A stretch of 47,207 nt of DNA, the filler included, from Catajapyx aquilonaris (taxonomy: Eukaryota), in assembly GCA_000934665.2 (NCBI GenBank). It is 2 parts of 2 records of this genome, joined end to end, with 100 filler letters (N's around TTAATTAATTAA, not from the genome) between each part and the next. Parts side by side here need not be neighbours in the genome. Positions count along the whole stretch, not along the records: positions 1 to 23,560 come from JYFJ02005661.1; 1 more part is not named here. The stretch is one strand, 5' to 3'. The notes below the pieces were generated by a model. It was not told where the DNA came from. It did not search any database and worked only from the letters and a program-made list of their open reading frames with translations. The position numbers and the translations under genes were made by a program. Below, piece by piece: positions 1 through 13,095 of this stretch (position 1 is the first letter of the stretch; the number at the start of each line of letters is the position of its first letter).

Positions 1-229
1 AAAAAAGAGGTCCAAGATATAATAGACGCAATGCAAATGCATTACTTTGATAGGTATTGTTGCATAAGGGCATTTCCATGGGATTGCGAACTTGGGAGAA
101 GATAAAATGTTGCTGTTGCTATAGAAGTTGATGCAATTATGTTAATTGTTGAGACCCGTGAAGTGAGAAGATTCGGGAATATGCGTGTTGTGGGAGTTAG
201 GTTCATTTTCGGAAGCTGAAACATGCGGC

Positions 230-345
230 ATTAAATTCCTTGAAAAATGTAACCCCCGATATGCTAATTTAAGGCGGTGTAGGGGCTTTCCCCTGGATTT
301 CTATAAGGGACAAACAAACAAACTCTCCTCATTTATAGATTAAGA
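230..345 (-). mobile_element. non-autonomous Helitron 5' end
   Basis: The minus strand reads A|TCTTAATCTATAAATGAGGAGAGTTTGTTTGTTTG, the same 5' architecture as the element at 28604-28896. Confidence 0.35.
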
Positions 346-2257
346 TTCAAATTCTAAATTGATGCATATTTCAAATATCCGGATTATGTCACGGAAAAGT
401 GAAATATTCCGAAATTTTTAAAACAAACTTTTCAATTAAGTTTCATGTAGGAATCATTGGTGGAGAAACATAATATGTTAAGCAAAAAAAAACTTTGCAA
501 TGTAGGCCGATTTTGAGATGACATGCCTTTTAAAGGTTTTGGATCATAAATCATTCGGACACCCTTCATTTGACTAATGTTACAGATAGCATAGGATTGC
601 ATAGGTCTACTACACCGCCAAATACTCGACTGTTGTCCTTAACATCCCATATGGAAAAATATAAGTGGGTTGACATGTGAACTGATCAATTTACTTCATT
701 TTTGCCTAGAGCCTGTCACTTCAGATTCGCCAATTAGGCAGCCATCCAAAAAACCAAACTCCTCGAGTTAATATCCAATCAGCCACACTTTCAGGGCACA
801 TGGTTGGGGATAAAAAATGGCATGGGAGGGGGGGGGGAGGTCTAAAGATAAATGCCCACACATAGCTGCATAAATAGATAATTTCGAATGAACAAGTGCA
901 GTAGCCTACTGTGAAACGTGCATGCAGCATATTGTTCTTTGCAACCAGACTAACTACAGATCATCGCTACTTTCGACCACTACTCTTGGGAGTGTGCATA
1001 CCTTAAATTCATAATAACTTATTTGTGTAATGATTTCATTATACTGTACGCTATAAAAGTCAAAAATAGAAAAAAGGTGGCACAGCAGGAAAAAAAATCA
1101 CGACGATGCAGGCATGACAAATCATGAGTGACATAACCATCACACCAATTTGAAGAATGTGAACAAATTCCCACTGAAAGTAATATTAGGTTTCACACTT
1201 TTTTAAATTGGGTTGGGAGGTAAGCCAAATGCTTAACCATTTATAGCTACATGTTTCGTCGAGTAATTTATTCCACACGCCCACACCCTTCAATGGACTT
1301 GGATATATGCTGCATAAGTAAATCTAATTAATTATTGACATAACAGGTGTAATTAGTTCCCAAACAAGCAATCTAACATAGATTCAGAGATATTTCACAT
1401 GTCTTGGTGTATTTAATCTAGAACCATACCAGATGTGGACTAGTTATCAGACATTCCCCTTTAATGAGTGTGATAAGGGCACAGATTTGCCTATGGAAAC
1501 CATCAGATATCGTTCCTGAATTGTACTACTTATAATAAAGAAACCTATATACTGTAGTTCTTCCAGAAATATGGAGTAAGTATTTAAATTATTTCCAAAG
1601 TGCCACATACACCTGTCAATATTGTATTTACTTTGCATAGAAATTAAATGCAATGCAGCAAAATGTGCAATGTATAATATTAGTAATATAGTAATATTAC
1701 TAAAGGAAGTCAGTAGGTGAAGTGCTGACAATGAGGCAAAGCTGAAATAAATGTGTAGCTGTAATTAAGGAGGCACTTCATTTTTTCCTTTCTTTTCTGA
1801 CCAAGGTTTTCATGGTGTGACTTGGTGATATCAGGTGAATGTGTGGGCAGTATGCAAGAATAACAGATTCTAACTTCCCCCCCCCCCCTCCATTCCCCAT
1901 GAAGGTATTCAGTGTACATTCAGGTGACATGCGACATTTCCCCAGTGTCCCACCCACCATTTGCAAGCTAGACTCACCACACCCATGAAATGATGTAAAT
2001 CCAGCATACCTTATTCCACTCCCACGCTCCTTGTACTTCCAGTGTCCACAGCTGACCTGACCCCTGTCCAGTCCCCAATCAGCCAAGGAGCGCAGCTATG
2101 GTTAGTGGGTGCTGGCATCCCCCTATGATGCCCCTCTGCTGGTCATCCCCGCTGCTGTCACCCGCCGTTGTTGCCAGTGGCTTCCAGCAGCACCACCACC
2201 ACCCGAGGAGGAGCCTGATCCCGTGGCTCCGTCACCCGTCATCCGGCTAGTCGGACT

Positions 2258-5200
2258 ATGCCTGTGGCCTCTGCCCTGGGCCCGCCCTCCAGCATCTTCT
2301 TCCTCATGGCCGTCCTCTCCGTCTTCGCATGCACGCCTCTCGCCGGTAAGTGTTCCGAGCACATACACACACTTGTGCAGGTCCAGTCTTGACTAGCGCC
2401 TGGGAAAGACAACTGCACAACCAATTCAGACAAATCTGTGCACCATGATTTGTGCAGATTTATTGCTTTCGTAAAATAACAAGTAAAAAGTGCTGCATGT
2501 CAGTTTTTCAAAGTTTAGTGCTCAGCTGTGACTCATAAGTAGTTACTTTTCGAAATTACAGCTATCAAAATATTAGCTGCTAAAATTAGATCGAGTGGAA
2601 CGGAGTGGAAGCACCTGACTTACCATTAATGCAGGCTGGCTTTGCCATGTGCTCCATACACATCTTGGTAACGTGATCAGACAGAATTCGCGACCTCAAG
2701 CATGACATTACCAGCAGCAAAAATAAGAAGGCGATACCTCACCTGCGTCTTGTATTCCTAACGGTGATGAGAACATTAGAATCGATAAATTACCTGGCTA
2801 GTTGATTTTGACAATTTCGGCTACATTACAGGGAAAGTAATTATACACTATGAGTAGCAGATATTTTGAGCATCAGGTAACCATGTAGTGGAGGGTTGAA
2901 TAACCCGCACGACGACCAGGATATTACTTATTATGCGTGGAGGATGCAGTATATAGTGCACACTAACAATATTACTTTTAGGGAGTATTTTAACCATACA
3001 AGCAATATATCGCAGCCTTATGACATTACCCTGCAGATGGATGTGCTCCCTGCTCTCAGTAAGTATCTCATCACTACCTTTTCAAAGAAATCTAGAAACA
3101 GGTCAAGTTTCACAATGTACTATTGTTATTTTACAATACACAAAATACGTACAATAAATGAGGGTCGTCATATTTTCTTGCTTTCACATGTAATTTGCTT
3201 TTGATTTGTGATTGTCCAAGCCCATAATACATTCATGGTCCAGAGTAAGGAAATTCATGTGGAATAGCATCATTTATTTCAATTTGTAAAAGGATGTGAT
3301 GTTTCCTTACTTTTGCTGCAATGTAAAATTGGCATTCTCCGTAGTTCTCAGTATACGATGCAATACATTCACTGCAGTAGTGCAGTTACATATTGATATC
3401 ACGTTGCTGCTCATTGAATATACTGTACTGCTACATCAGTACAGTTGTTAACCTTTGAAAACTACTCCAGATCTAAATCCTAGCCCAGTTTCTGATCCAA
3501 ATATAGCTGACAGGTTCATTTTTAGACTGTCTGGCATGCAAAGGATATGAAAAATGCAAGGATCAAGTGGTCATTCGATTAATTCAAATCGGAAATCCAG
3601 CCTGCCAAAGCCCTGTTCCACCGCTACGGTAGTTTACTCTGAAATAGTGGATTCTGTTTCTCTCTTCATTTGCCAGACTCTGCTCCAGAGCGTCCCCAGA
3701 ACATCACTGTGGTGCTGGTGTCTCCCACAGTGGCTAAAGTGCTGTGGTCTGTGTACGCTCAAGATGCAGAAAGATATGATGTTGTCCATAAGCCCACAGA
3801 GGTCAGCTACAAGGTGATCACGCCAGTGGCGGCAAACGCAAGGTCTCTCGTGCTGGACAACTTGCGTCCATCCACACAATATCAGGTCTACGTTGCTGCT
3901 GTGGGAAATCGGGAACGAAGCAGGAGCAGAACTGTTGTCTTTAGGACCATGGGTGAGTATAACCTCTGATTTGATCGTCCTTTATTTTATTACCTGAAAC
4001 TGATATGTACTCGTATAACTGAGATGCAACATGGTGTTGCACCTAAATTATCATCAAGGCCCTATGCCCTATGGTAATAAATGTGGAATATTGTTCGGCC
4101 ATGCGTAGCCTACTGTGCAAGCACAATTCCAACTGTATGGGTATGAACAGCCTTCTCAAAAAATATTGACAGTCACACATTCCCAAATATTACAAAATAC
4201 TCAAGATTGCACTAGAGACCATAATAGGGATGATTCCATGCAGACATGAATTGGCAATGGGCTTTCTCACAGACCTTCCACCAGCTGCGACTGCCCCTGC
4301 AATTGCAACTACAAACAGCGGGGGAGGAGGTGGCCCACCTGGCATGCTTAAAGTGCGTGGGGTGGAGGCGACCATTGTGGTGGTGGTGCTGGCGGTGTGG
4401 GCAGGTGCCATCCTCCTCTTCTTCAATCGCTGGGGTAAGATCCGCATGCTGCTTCCCTACCAACCAGACTACAAGGAGCAGCACAAGAGCAACTGCCCCC
4501 TTGCCGCAGCGCATCCCGTTGTCACCCCTGCCTTTGCACAGGTCAGCATTCGTTTTTCATCCATCTACCATAACCCCCCCCCCCCCCCCCNCCCCCCCCC
4601 CCCGGCCCACCACCACCTCCCCTGGCCATCACACACTCACACACAGAACCTAACTATTTAATTGCACTGCTTATTATCCTCTCCCTGAATGAGCAACTCT
4701 CACGTTACTTAGAACTGCACCCAGGCGGAATGTTTGTCTTGGTATATAAGTTTTTGGTTCCTTGCATTTCTCATTCATCTCCTACAGTTCACCCCAAAAC
4801 TTGATTTGCAGGGAGGGCGACACAACTCGTGCCCCGAGCCAGCGATGTCTAATTTCGACCAGCTATCGACGCCGAGTGACTAATTACTAATTAAGCCCTC
4901 TCCGCCTGGGATATTTTTCCAAAAGCATGCATGGTGAAGTATACTCAAAGTGGCGTCATGTAGTGTAAATATTCATATTTGGCAGGCAATTGCAAGGGAG
5001 GAAAATCCATGAATTGTATTACATGACATGCTACATCTATTTTGTAAATGGTTGAAATTTGCATTACATAAACTAATAAATAATATAGTCACACTCACTC
5101 CCTCTCTTTCTCTCGCTCTCTCTTTGAATAACAAAAATACAACTAACAAGTCAGATTATAATATTTTAATGACTAGAAAATTAATAGAAAATCCTTTACT

Positions 5201-5958
5201 GTATGACAAGGACCTGCAGCAGCTGAGTTTTGCCTACTGATTATGTTAGTCAGTTATTGCATTGTTTCATTGTGTACAAACTGCAGCACACAGAAATGCT
5301 TGATTTTTAATCTCTGCCTTATTACAGGTTGCACGTGGCTGTCTCCAGCCACTCCACATTGTAACGAGGACAAACTTGTTCCTCAAGTCGTGTACCAACA
5401 CATGCCCCATACAAGAAAGGTTTTTTTGTCATCCTGTAACACTTTCCAAGTAGTCAGTGCCTTTCAATTCCCATGGTAATCATTACTATAGGCAAATTCT
5501 CACAGGAAGTGAGGCAGGACCACCCTTCAATTCATGGATGCCCCCCCTCTCAATATTCACACAAAGTATTGTACCTAGTTCCGACTCTATATGTTAGTTG
5601 AGATCAGGGCTTCCGTATTCGCTTCATGCACAACAGCAAACAAAACACCTGTCTTCCGTGCATATTTTTGAATGGTACTGACCCACACTTGCTTTTGTCC
5701 CTCTAGCATCACGTATGCGGGGCTTCAGGCCACTTGGACTGCAGCGGCTCCCCGTCTAGGGTGCACCCTGTGGTGTCCACCACTGGTTCCCCTCGCCTCC
5801 ATGCACACCACCAGAGGCCCCGGCTCAACTCGGTGTTCATCTTCAATCAGGTGCATCATTCGCCTGACATCAGGATGCACAGGAAGACCAGGAGCGCTGA
5901 ACAGTTGGACGTTACCCCAAGGGACGAGCAGCAGGAGTTTCTTTTCGCTGACGTCTGA
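2258..5958 (+). CDS. FNDC5: FNDC4/5 (irisin precursor / Drosophila Iditarod)-like type I membrane protein, ~294 aa; exons 2258-2345, 3677-3952, 4273-4541, 5707-5958
   Basis: Exon 1 encodes a signal peptide (MPVASALGPPSSIFFLMAVLSVFACTPLA), has an upstream in-frame TGA, and ends at G|GTAAGT. Exon 2 is an FN3 domain (DSAPERPQNITV...LDNLRPSTQYQVYVAAV...VVFRT). Exon 3 carries a TM segment, VRGVEATIVVVVLAVWAGAILLFFNRWGKIRMLLPYQPDY, similar to FNDC5 LRTGEVLIIVVVLFMWAGVIALF. Exon 4 is a cytoplasmic tail (RPRLNSVF, RKTRSAE). All GT-AG junctions are phase-compatible (1,1,0). Family assignment is from recalled sequence similarity. Confidence 0.8.
4720..4910. mobile_element. possible small MITE
   Basis: 10-bp inverted termini CCCAGGCGGA ... 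TCCGCCTGGG in intron 3 of the FN3 gene; no clean TSD. Confidence 0.3.
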
Positions 5959-8081
5959 TTGTCCCATATAAACACTGCTGGACGTCACGTGTTTTCTCCT
6001 TTTCAGGCTTCCAAGTTTTTTGCTCCTCAGATCCAGAAGTAAGGTGGACTAAACGGTGTTGTGTTGTGCCTCAAGGGGTTCTATCAGGACAACGTTACTA
6101 CAACAAAAGAGTTATAGCAATATTCAGTAGTGGTTAAGATCGGATTGATTGTTCCTTCTTCACTGGTAAAAATAATGTTCTTATGTCTGGTTTGTATGAC
6201 TGGTGGTTATTGTTTAGTAAAAGTAATCATAGGACCCGGAATTTTAGATTTTCTGTGTAGCCTTAGTGCAGCTTTTGTGGCATACATTCTTTAAACTGTT
6301 GTGCTCTGTCAGGTGCTTCTTCCAATTTCTCCGAGACTCACACAGTCTCAATGAAGGAAGTCCAATTATATCATCCATATACCTAAGTCTTTCTCCCACC
6401 TTTCACTATCACGTTGTGAATGTTCAGATAATGATATGATTGTGTTCCTGAAAGATTCAAATTTCCTGGGTGTGGAATTACCATCCTCGCAAAACAATTA
6501 ATCAAAACAAAGATTAGCTGTTTCAAAATGTTCACTAATGACAAAATTATCAGGTTGATAACACAAGGAAGAAAAAGTAACTTCCACTTTTTCCTATTTA
6601 AACAGGAGTAAATTAATTTGAAGGAAGAACGATATGTATTTCACATAAAAATCTTATGCACTTTACTAAATCAAATTATAAATTTAAGTTTCTTTAATAT
6701 TCTGTAAGCACTGCATTGAATACAAGAAATATCTCCAATTAAATAGATCATCAGTTAGAGTTCACCATCCTCCTCTCTCCAAATTGTAGGACTTATGGCC
6801 AGTTGTATTATTGAAAGCAATTGAAAGTTAATGCAAGCTATGAGTTACTCTACATGGAAACAATAGCTTTATTAAAAGGAGCTGTAACTTCCGAAATGAG
6901 GAATTTGAGCAATGTACGTAGACATAAAGACCCCAACATGCATATGGGCCGATGAATATATTGCAGGGGAATACCCCAGTCACATCCACCTCAGGAATAT
7001 CTTTCATAATCACACTAGAATTTATTGTGTGATTCAGTGACTGTCAAGTTGCAAGTAAACTATAATATCAGGTTCATTATACCGGTATCTATGTGAATAA
7101 TGTAATTATTATGACTGTGATGAACTTGACACTGCTCCCAAATTCCAGGTCCTATAATTACAATTAGATTTTACATTCATTGTGTGTATGTAGCAGCATT
7201 CTGGTAATGACAGCCTATGCACTATTTCTCCAAAGGATCATCATCATCATTAAAATATTGTGAAGATGAGTGGGGCCAAGGAAGCATTTGAAAAGCCTTC
7301 TAAGAGCTTTGTAAAAAGAAAGCTTGGACCAAATCCTTCACACATAGCATGCTTCTGTCACTCTATTGTACAAATTAATGCGTAGAATGTTGTTTCACAT
7401 ATTCCTGTTTCTGTGAGTTCAAAACATCAATTACAATCATTAGGATGCAAAACCTACCTTTGACACATTTTAAGACCATGATTCCAAATTTTATTACAGC
7501 ATGACAGGCCTGGATTATTATGGTGAAGTCAAAATCATGGGGAATATTTATGAATATTTTTATATTTTAATTGCTTGTTTTTAGAAAAAGGAGCATTTTA
7601 CAATTAAAGCCACATACTTTGATTTACTTTAAATTTCGTGAAATTCACAGGATAAGCGTAGAGTCTTGTCACCTCCTCGTAACTTCTAATCGTAACCACA
7701 CAGGATCGTGAATCAAGCTGGGTAATAATTCCATTTCTATTCTAACCTGTGATTCACATTTGACATTTCTGCCATATCAACTGAAAACAATGACAGACAC
7801 TATCACATTCTCAATTAGAATTTCGGTTTAGAACTGGCTACCAAAGCAGTGGTCCACTTTCATTCAGTATGTGACAGTTATCAATCACAGAAGTTACACA
7901 GAAAATGTTAAATCACGCCACCAGTTGGAACCTATCTGGGCACAATATTTTTCACAGAAATGATAGCCAAGCAATACAGGCAACAAGCAGTCAAAGGTTA
8001 TCTGTCCTAGCTTGGCTAAGAAGAGTTCCAGGATCAAGTACAAAATCAACAGAATCAGGAACATCACCTATGAGCTCAGCC

Positions 8082-8229
8082 CAAGGGGGTAATCACTTCG
8101 GTACTCCGGTGTACACCTGGTAGTGGTACTCCCTGGTACTCCTCAGGCACCTCACTCTTTATTACTCTGTGGTACTCCTTGAATTTGGTACTCCAGTGTA
8201 CACTTTTCAATCGAGTGATTACCCCCTTG
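8082..8229. mobile_element. hAT-type MITE (~148 bp)
   Basis: TIR CAAGGGGGTAATCACT / AGTGATTACCCCCTTG; 8-bp TSD gCTCAGCC/tCTCAGCC (7/8 match); internal GGTACTCC repeats. Confidence 0.7.
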
Positions 8230-10939
8230 TCTCAGCCTTGTCAGCATGAACAACATTGGAACATGGAGACGCAGTGCCCTAACTCCCTTCTGCCTACTAT
8301 GTGCATCTCTTAAAAAGTCAATGATTCCACATGATACTACAACAATATCATAACAAGTGTGTAAATCTTCAGGGGTCATACTTCCATTGAACTTTTGCTG
8401 ATTGTATATAATTTCTTGTGGAAACAATATCCTTTCTTCTCACAATCAGTTCATAAAGTTATTCATGAGCAGCAAGATGTATAGTCCCTCCCTATTAGAA
8501 AAGTCTGTAACATAGGAAGCTTGTATACAATGGCATAAAATGTTGTTTGACATTACATTGACGGAAGTTGTTCTTTCGTGCAATTCCATAGGAAGGTACT
8601 GCATGACACCTCAACATGCCAACATCAACTTTTCCTTCGAGCTTCAGAAAACACCATTGTATGAAGTATGATCCACTATTGACTACAAGAAGGGGGCTGA
8701 ATCCACTGGAAAACTACTGGACATACATGTCTACTTTGTCAAAAGTTTGTGCTTCCATTCTGAATATTATTATTAGTGTTCCTAATATAGGTGCTGTTTC
8801 ACAAATTGGGTGGCAAGTGTGCAGGAAAGAAGATGGGACGTCTGTAAGTGGTGTCTGAGGACAGCAATTCACAAATCCATACTCTTCATGTAAATACTAC
8901 ATTACTGCAACTAGATAATATTATTAAAAATAATCCCATATGTGCAGACACAAAATGTATAAAATGTGATAAAAGTTCCTTCAATTATTATCAGACTGCC
9001 ATCTGCGACCAATCTCTGACCAGACCTCTAATCAAACATGGCTTCCAAACTCTGAGCCTGTTTACACAATCAATGAGTCTTGTAAAATTTATCAAATAAA
9101 CAGGCCTGTAAGCAGGACTCTTTCTTCATATCATGATTATGTTCATTGTGGTGTACAGTGAATAAGGCTACATCTAAAGCGATCTAAAGAGATAGAAGGA
9201 AACCAAAATAATCCTGAAAGACTGCCTAAAAGGATATGCCTGCATCTTTGTCGAAAGCTGTAGTGTGCATCAAACAGCACCTGTTTAAGGCGGCAGTACT
9301 CTTGAAACATTCACCAAGGAGATGAAAAGAGGTGTCACTTGGTTTTGTGCAGGGAAAGGACAAAACCCACTGAAACATATTAGCAAATACAGAATCAATA
9401 CTTATGTCATGTGGGACATGGAGAGTGTGTTAGACAAGTCTCACCATTCTGGTATTTTTATATCATTCATTGACATGTGATTGAGAGATATGTGGCAGAT
9501 CCACATTGCGCCTACACTCACTGACACATTTCGATAGGATTTGTCTCTCCTATGATCAAAATCGAATAACAGCTCTATTATCTTCCTTGCTGCGTGTCTG
9601 AAGAGGCGCCATCGTCTCTAAATACTATTATATTAATGGTGTGAGAGTGATACAGCACATATGACTAGTCACACTCCATCTCTAAAAGAAATCCCCGAGG
9701 AAATCCCTGAATCTGAGTCCACGTGTCCATTTCAATCAGATTCTTTACAATGGGTCACTAAAAATTATTGCACCTTTCCCATTTTCATTTGAACCACCCT
9801 CATATACTGTATTAGACTTCTTGGCTTTCAACACCAATCAGACAAATTCACAAACATCCTATTTTTGTGTGGATTGTTGTGTTTTTAAAGTCATCTCAGA
9901 TCGGTATGGGTAGAAATACTGTGCCAACCCCTAATTTAAATTGGCACCTGACAACAACCTAGCTGGGCAGCTCATGCCAACTGAGCAACTCTATTCTGAA
10001 ATGAATTAAGTGTGAAGGAGCAAATAAGTCAAATAAGTAACACGCAAGTAAATAAGCTAATTTGTGACGGCATGAATACACATGGTCTAGCCTGGACGCC
10101 GCTGGCTACCCCTCTGGGACTTATACTGCGAAGATATGAATGAATATACAGACTTACACAACCAACCTGTTTCCACTAGTAATCCAAATTATGGGGCAGA
10201 TTGCTGCCATGGTTATACGTCCAGCATCTGGAATCCGACAATATTCCTCCAATAAAGAAAAACCGTCAAGGGTAGTGCATGGTCCAGCATGATCTATTTC
10301 CACCAAATTATTCCAGAAACTATGAGGCAGCGGCATGAATATCCTACAAATTGACCTTGGCCTATATTTGTACATTCCTGAAGATGAATATCCAGTCACA
10401 TTTTGATGAACTGCCACCTTCTAAGAGTTTCTTTCACGGTCAGATGCTTCTGATGAAAATGTCTTTGGGTCCGTTTTCATCGGGGCGATTGTGAAGAATG
10501 TACACATCTGGAAAAAAAACGTAACATTAGAATAATTGCTCTGTGGATTTCCGGTCCAACTCATACAGTTACCCCAGTATTAGTAGTGGCACTGCACTGA
10601 AGCCGCATTCTCTCCAATTCTCTCATTAGCTTACACAAGATCTCGGTTACTTAATTGCTAACCATTGAAAATAACTTTAGATGAAGGTTAAACTCCACTT
10701 CATCCTGTTACAACTGGGTAGTTAACCAGCTTCAGATAAAAAGTACCTGCCAACTACCCCTTACCATGAATCATATTCAACATTGTTTGAGAATCCCGCC
10801 TAAGTTCCGTTATTTCCAACCCTACCAACCAAATTGTCAAGCCTTCTGCTGCCAAATTATACAAATGCGCACCCACCAACAATTACGATAAAACGAGCTG
10901 GCACAAACTGCAAAAAAAAAATTTAAAGATATATTTCCG

Positions 10940-11190
10940 AAATCCCCCCCACCCACCCACCCACCCAACTCCCTCCCACTGCTCCCCCCACCAGTCGTAT
11001 CCCAAGATGGCTGCCGACCGGCCTCAAGAGGAGCACAACAACAAAACATAAGCAAGAAGAAAAAAACCACCGTTGAATCGTCCGTTACGCCCAAACCAAA
11101 CGGACGCGAGGAAGGTACGCACCTGCTAATCAACGTCGAATCACTCGAGCCAGTCTCACTGCATTGTTGCTCTTCCCCCAGGTGCGCACG
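10940..11190 (+). promoter_or_regulatory. CpG-rich promoter and 5' UTR of MPLKIP with YY1/Pho-like site and short 5' UTR intron (11115-11181)
   Basis: Local CpG enrichment against a CpG-poor background; CAAGATGGCTGCC at ~11003; donor GAAG|GTACGC and acceptor CTCTTCCCCCAG| just upstream of the ATG at 11191. Confidence 0.5.
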
Positions 11191-13095
11191 ATGAGTGGCT
11201 CACCGCTTGGTCCCAACAGCCCCGGGCCAACCCAGAGGCTGCCCAGCCCTGCCTTCTCCACTCCCAGGCAGTCCAGCACACCCCTGCCGCCTCACCGCAG
11301 GCCATCCCCGTCCACGCCTTACTTCACCCCGGACTCCTCCGCATCCTCAGACTACATCTCGTTTGGACCGGACGACACCTCCTTCTCCAGGCACGGGGCT
11401 GGAGGGAGGTGGAGCGGCAGTGGAGGATGGAGGTCGTCTCCTGGAGGGAGGGGTGGGCAGCATGGAGGGTGGGGCGGAGGGAGGGGAAGAGGCGGCCAGG
11501 GCGGCGGAGCGTACCACACTCCAAGGGGGACGCCATGGAGGTCGCACCAGGTAATGAGGCTGGAACCTGTGGAGTACATGGATTTGTCGTGGGGGGAGGG
11601 AATCATAATCGTTGAAACCATTCATGAAGGGTGTTGTTATACAGTACAAGTCATGGGGTCACACTCGCCCTCAAAGAAGAGGTGAACTATGCCAACGGAA
11701 TTCTTACCATCTCTTCTGATGGTAAATCCAGGACAAAATTGTTAATAACATTTGCTCCGGATTTAGCATCTAGCAATCAGCCCTGATGGAACAAAAGCAG
11801 TCCATGTAGTCTCATATGCATCATGTGCCAGTAATGTGACGATGCTCAGGCCTTTCATCACTTTCAGTGTTAAATACAATTTACAGTGAAACTTGTAAAA
11901 ATTCTACACAAGCCTTAATTTCAGTGAATAGTTGGTTACCAGGCAGGTTTCATTATAATTTTGAAAAATTGATCCTACACTGTCGTTAAGACACTTCAGC
12001 AAGATAATGCTTCCCTGAGTTGTTACAATGTGTTGACTGGCCCACAGTCATAGCATATTTTGTCATGGTGACAATTCAGTGAAGGCTCTTGTCCCATCAC
12101 AAAGAGACGGTGTGAAGTTGGTGCATTTCACAGCTTCATGTTGAGTGAGAAACCATGACTTGTAATCCTGTGACTTGGCCTGCAATGGTGGTGTTTGCTT
12201 GCCAGAAGGGAATTTTTCCTGTGGTGACTTGTGACCATGATGTTAGTAATCCTAACCTAATCTCAAATTCTAACATGCCCTGAACAGTCTTGCCAAATGA
12301 GTGTGCTTTTATGTGCATAAGATGGAGGCATCACAGAAGAGGGAGGGCTACTAGTCGCAGATATAACAAGTAAAAGGTAGATGCATAGTAATTGTAAGTA
12401 CTTGGACAACCTGATAAAGTAGAGAAATCTTTACGTGAAAGCTATAAATTTGTGGGCTGAGTGTGACAGATGGGCAATTACCACATTACGCCTGGCGCAG
12501 TGGCCATTGCTGCTCGTGTCATTAGAAACCCAATCAATCATATAATTTCAGGAGCAATATTGTTTATTATGCACCTACCTTTTGCTTGTGGCGACACGTT
12601 TAAAATTTCGTTGCTTTCCACTACCACTTTGCCTGTCAGGCTGAGTAGCTTTGATGTATTTACCTCAATAGAAAACATTGTTACATCTTTCCCTTGTATT
12701 TATATTTAAATTACCTATGTACATTTATTTGATTCTGCAATTATAGTATTCTATTTCCAAGTATATTCTGAAGCAACCAAAGGTAGAGCCAAAGATGGTA
12801 GTTTCAATACTAGCAGTTTCACGTTGCCATAGGTGTGCACGCCTACCTCATCTCTCAACCCCTATTTTTATAGAGCCGTCACAATTGTGGGCAGGACGAC
12901 ATATCCCTGTACTTCCATCCCTCCATGCTTGACGACCCATGGGCCGATCTGGAGAGGCGGGCAGCTCGGTCCCAAACAGAAGAACCGAAAGTGGGTCAGG
13001 GAACATCAGATGCTGAATGTGACAAGACTGTGGCAGATGGTGTTAAGACTGAAGACAGTGCCAGTGGCTCAGTGATGGTGACGCAGAACCAGTGA
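11191..13095 (+). CDS. MPLKIP: M-phase-specific PLK1-interacting protein (TTDN1), ~193 aa; exons 11191-11550, 12874-13095
   Basis: Pro/Ser/Gly/Arg-rich N-terminus with SP/TP motifs. The phase-0 intron runs CAG|GTAATG ... TTTTTATAG|. Exon 2 encodes DISLYFHPSMLDDPWADLE, the conserved MPLKIP/TTDN1 motif (YFKPSMLEDPW type). TGA at 13093-13095. Confidence 0.85.

Noticed and set aside
2109..2396. ORF-track proteins around exon 1 of the FN3 gene
   Set aside because: These are GC-rich alternative frames; the supported frame starts at ATG 2258 and ends at the splice donor.
4574..4603. Poly-Pro coding tract or G-quadruplex from poly-C with N
   Set aside because: It is intronic (after the donor at 4542), and homopolymers containing single Ns are low-confidence sequence.
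5328..5419. Extra cassette exon in the FNDC5-like gene
   Set aside because: The acceptor is good, but the candidate donors are weak and give lengths (59 or 92 nt) that break the frame; exons 3 and 4 already join in phase.
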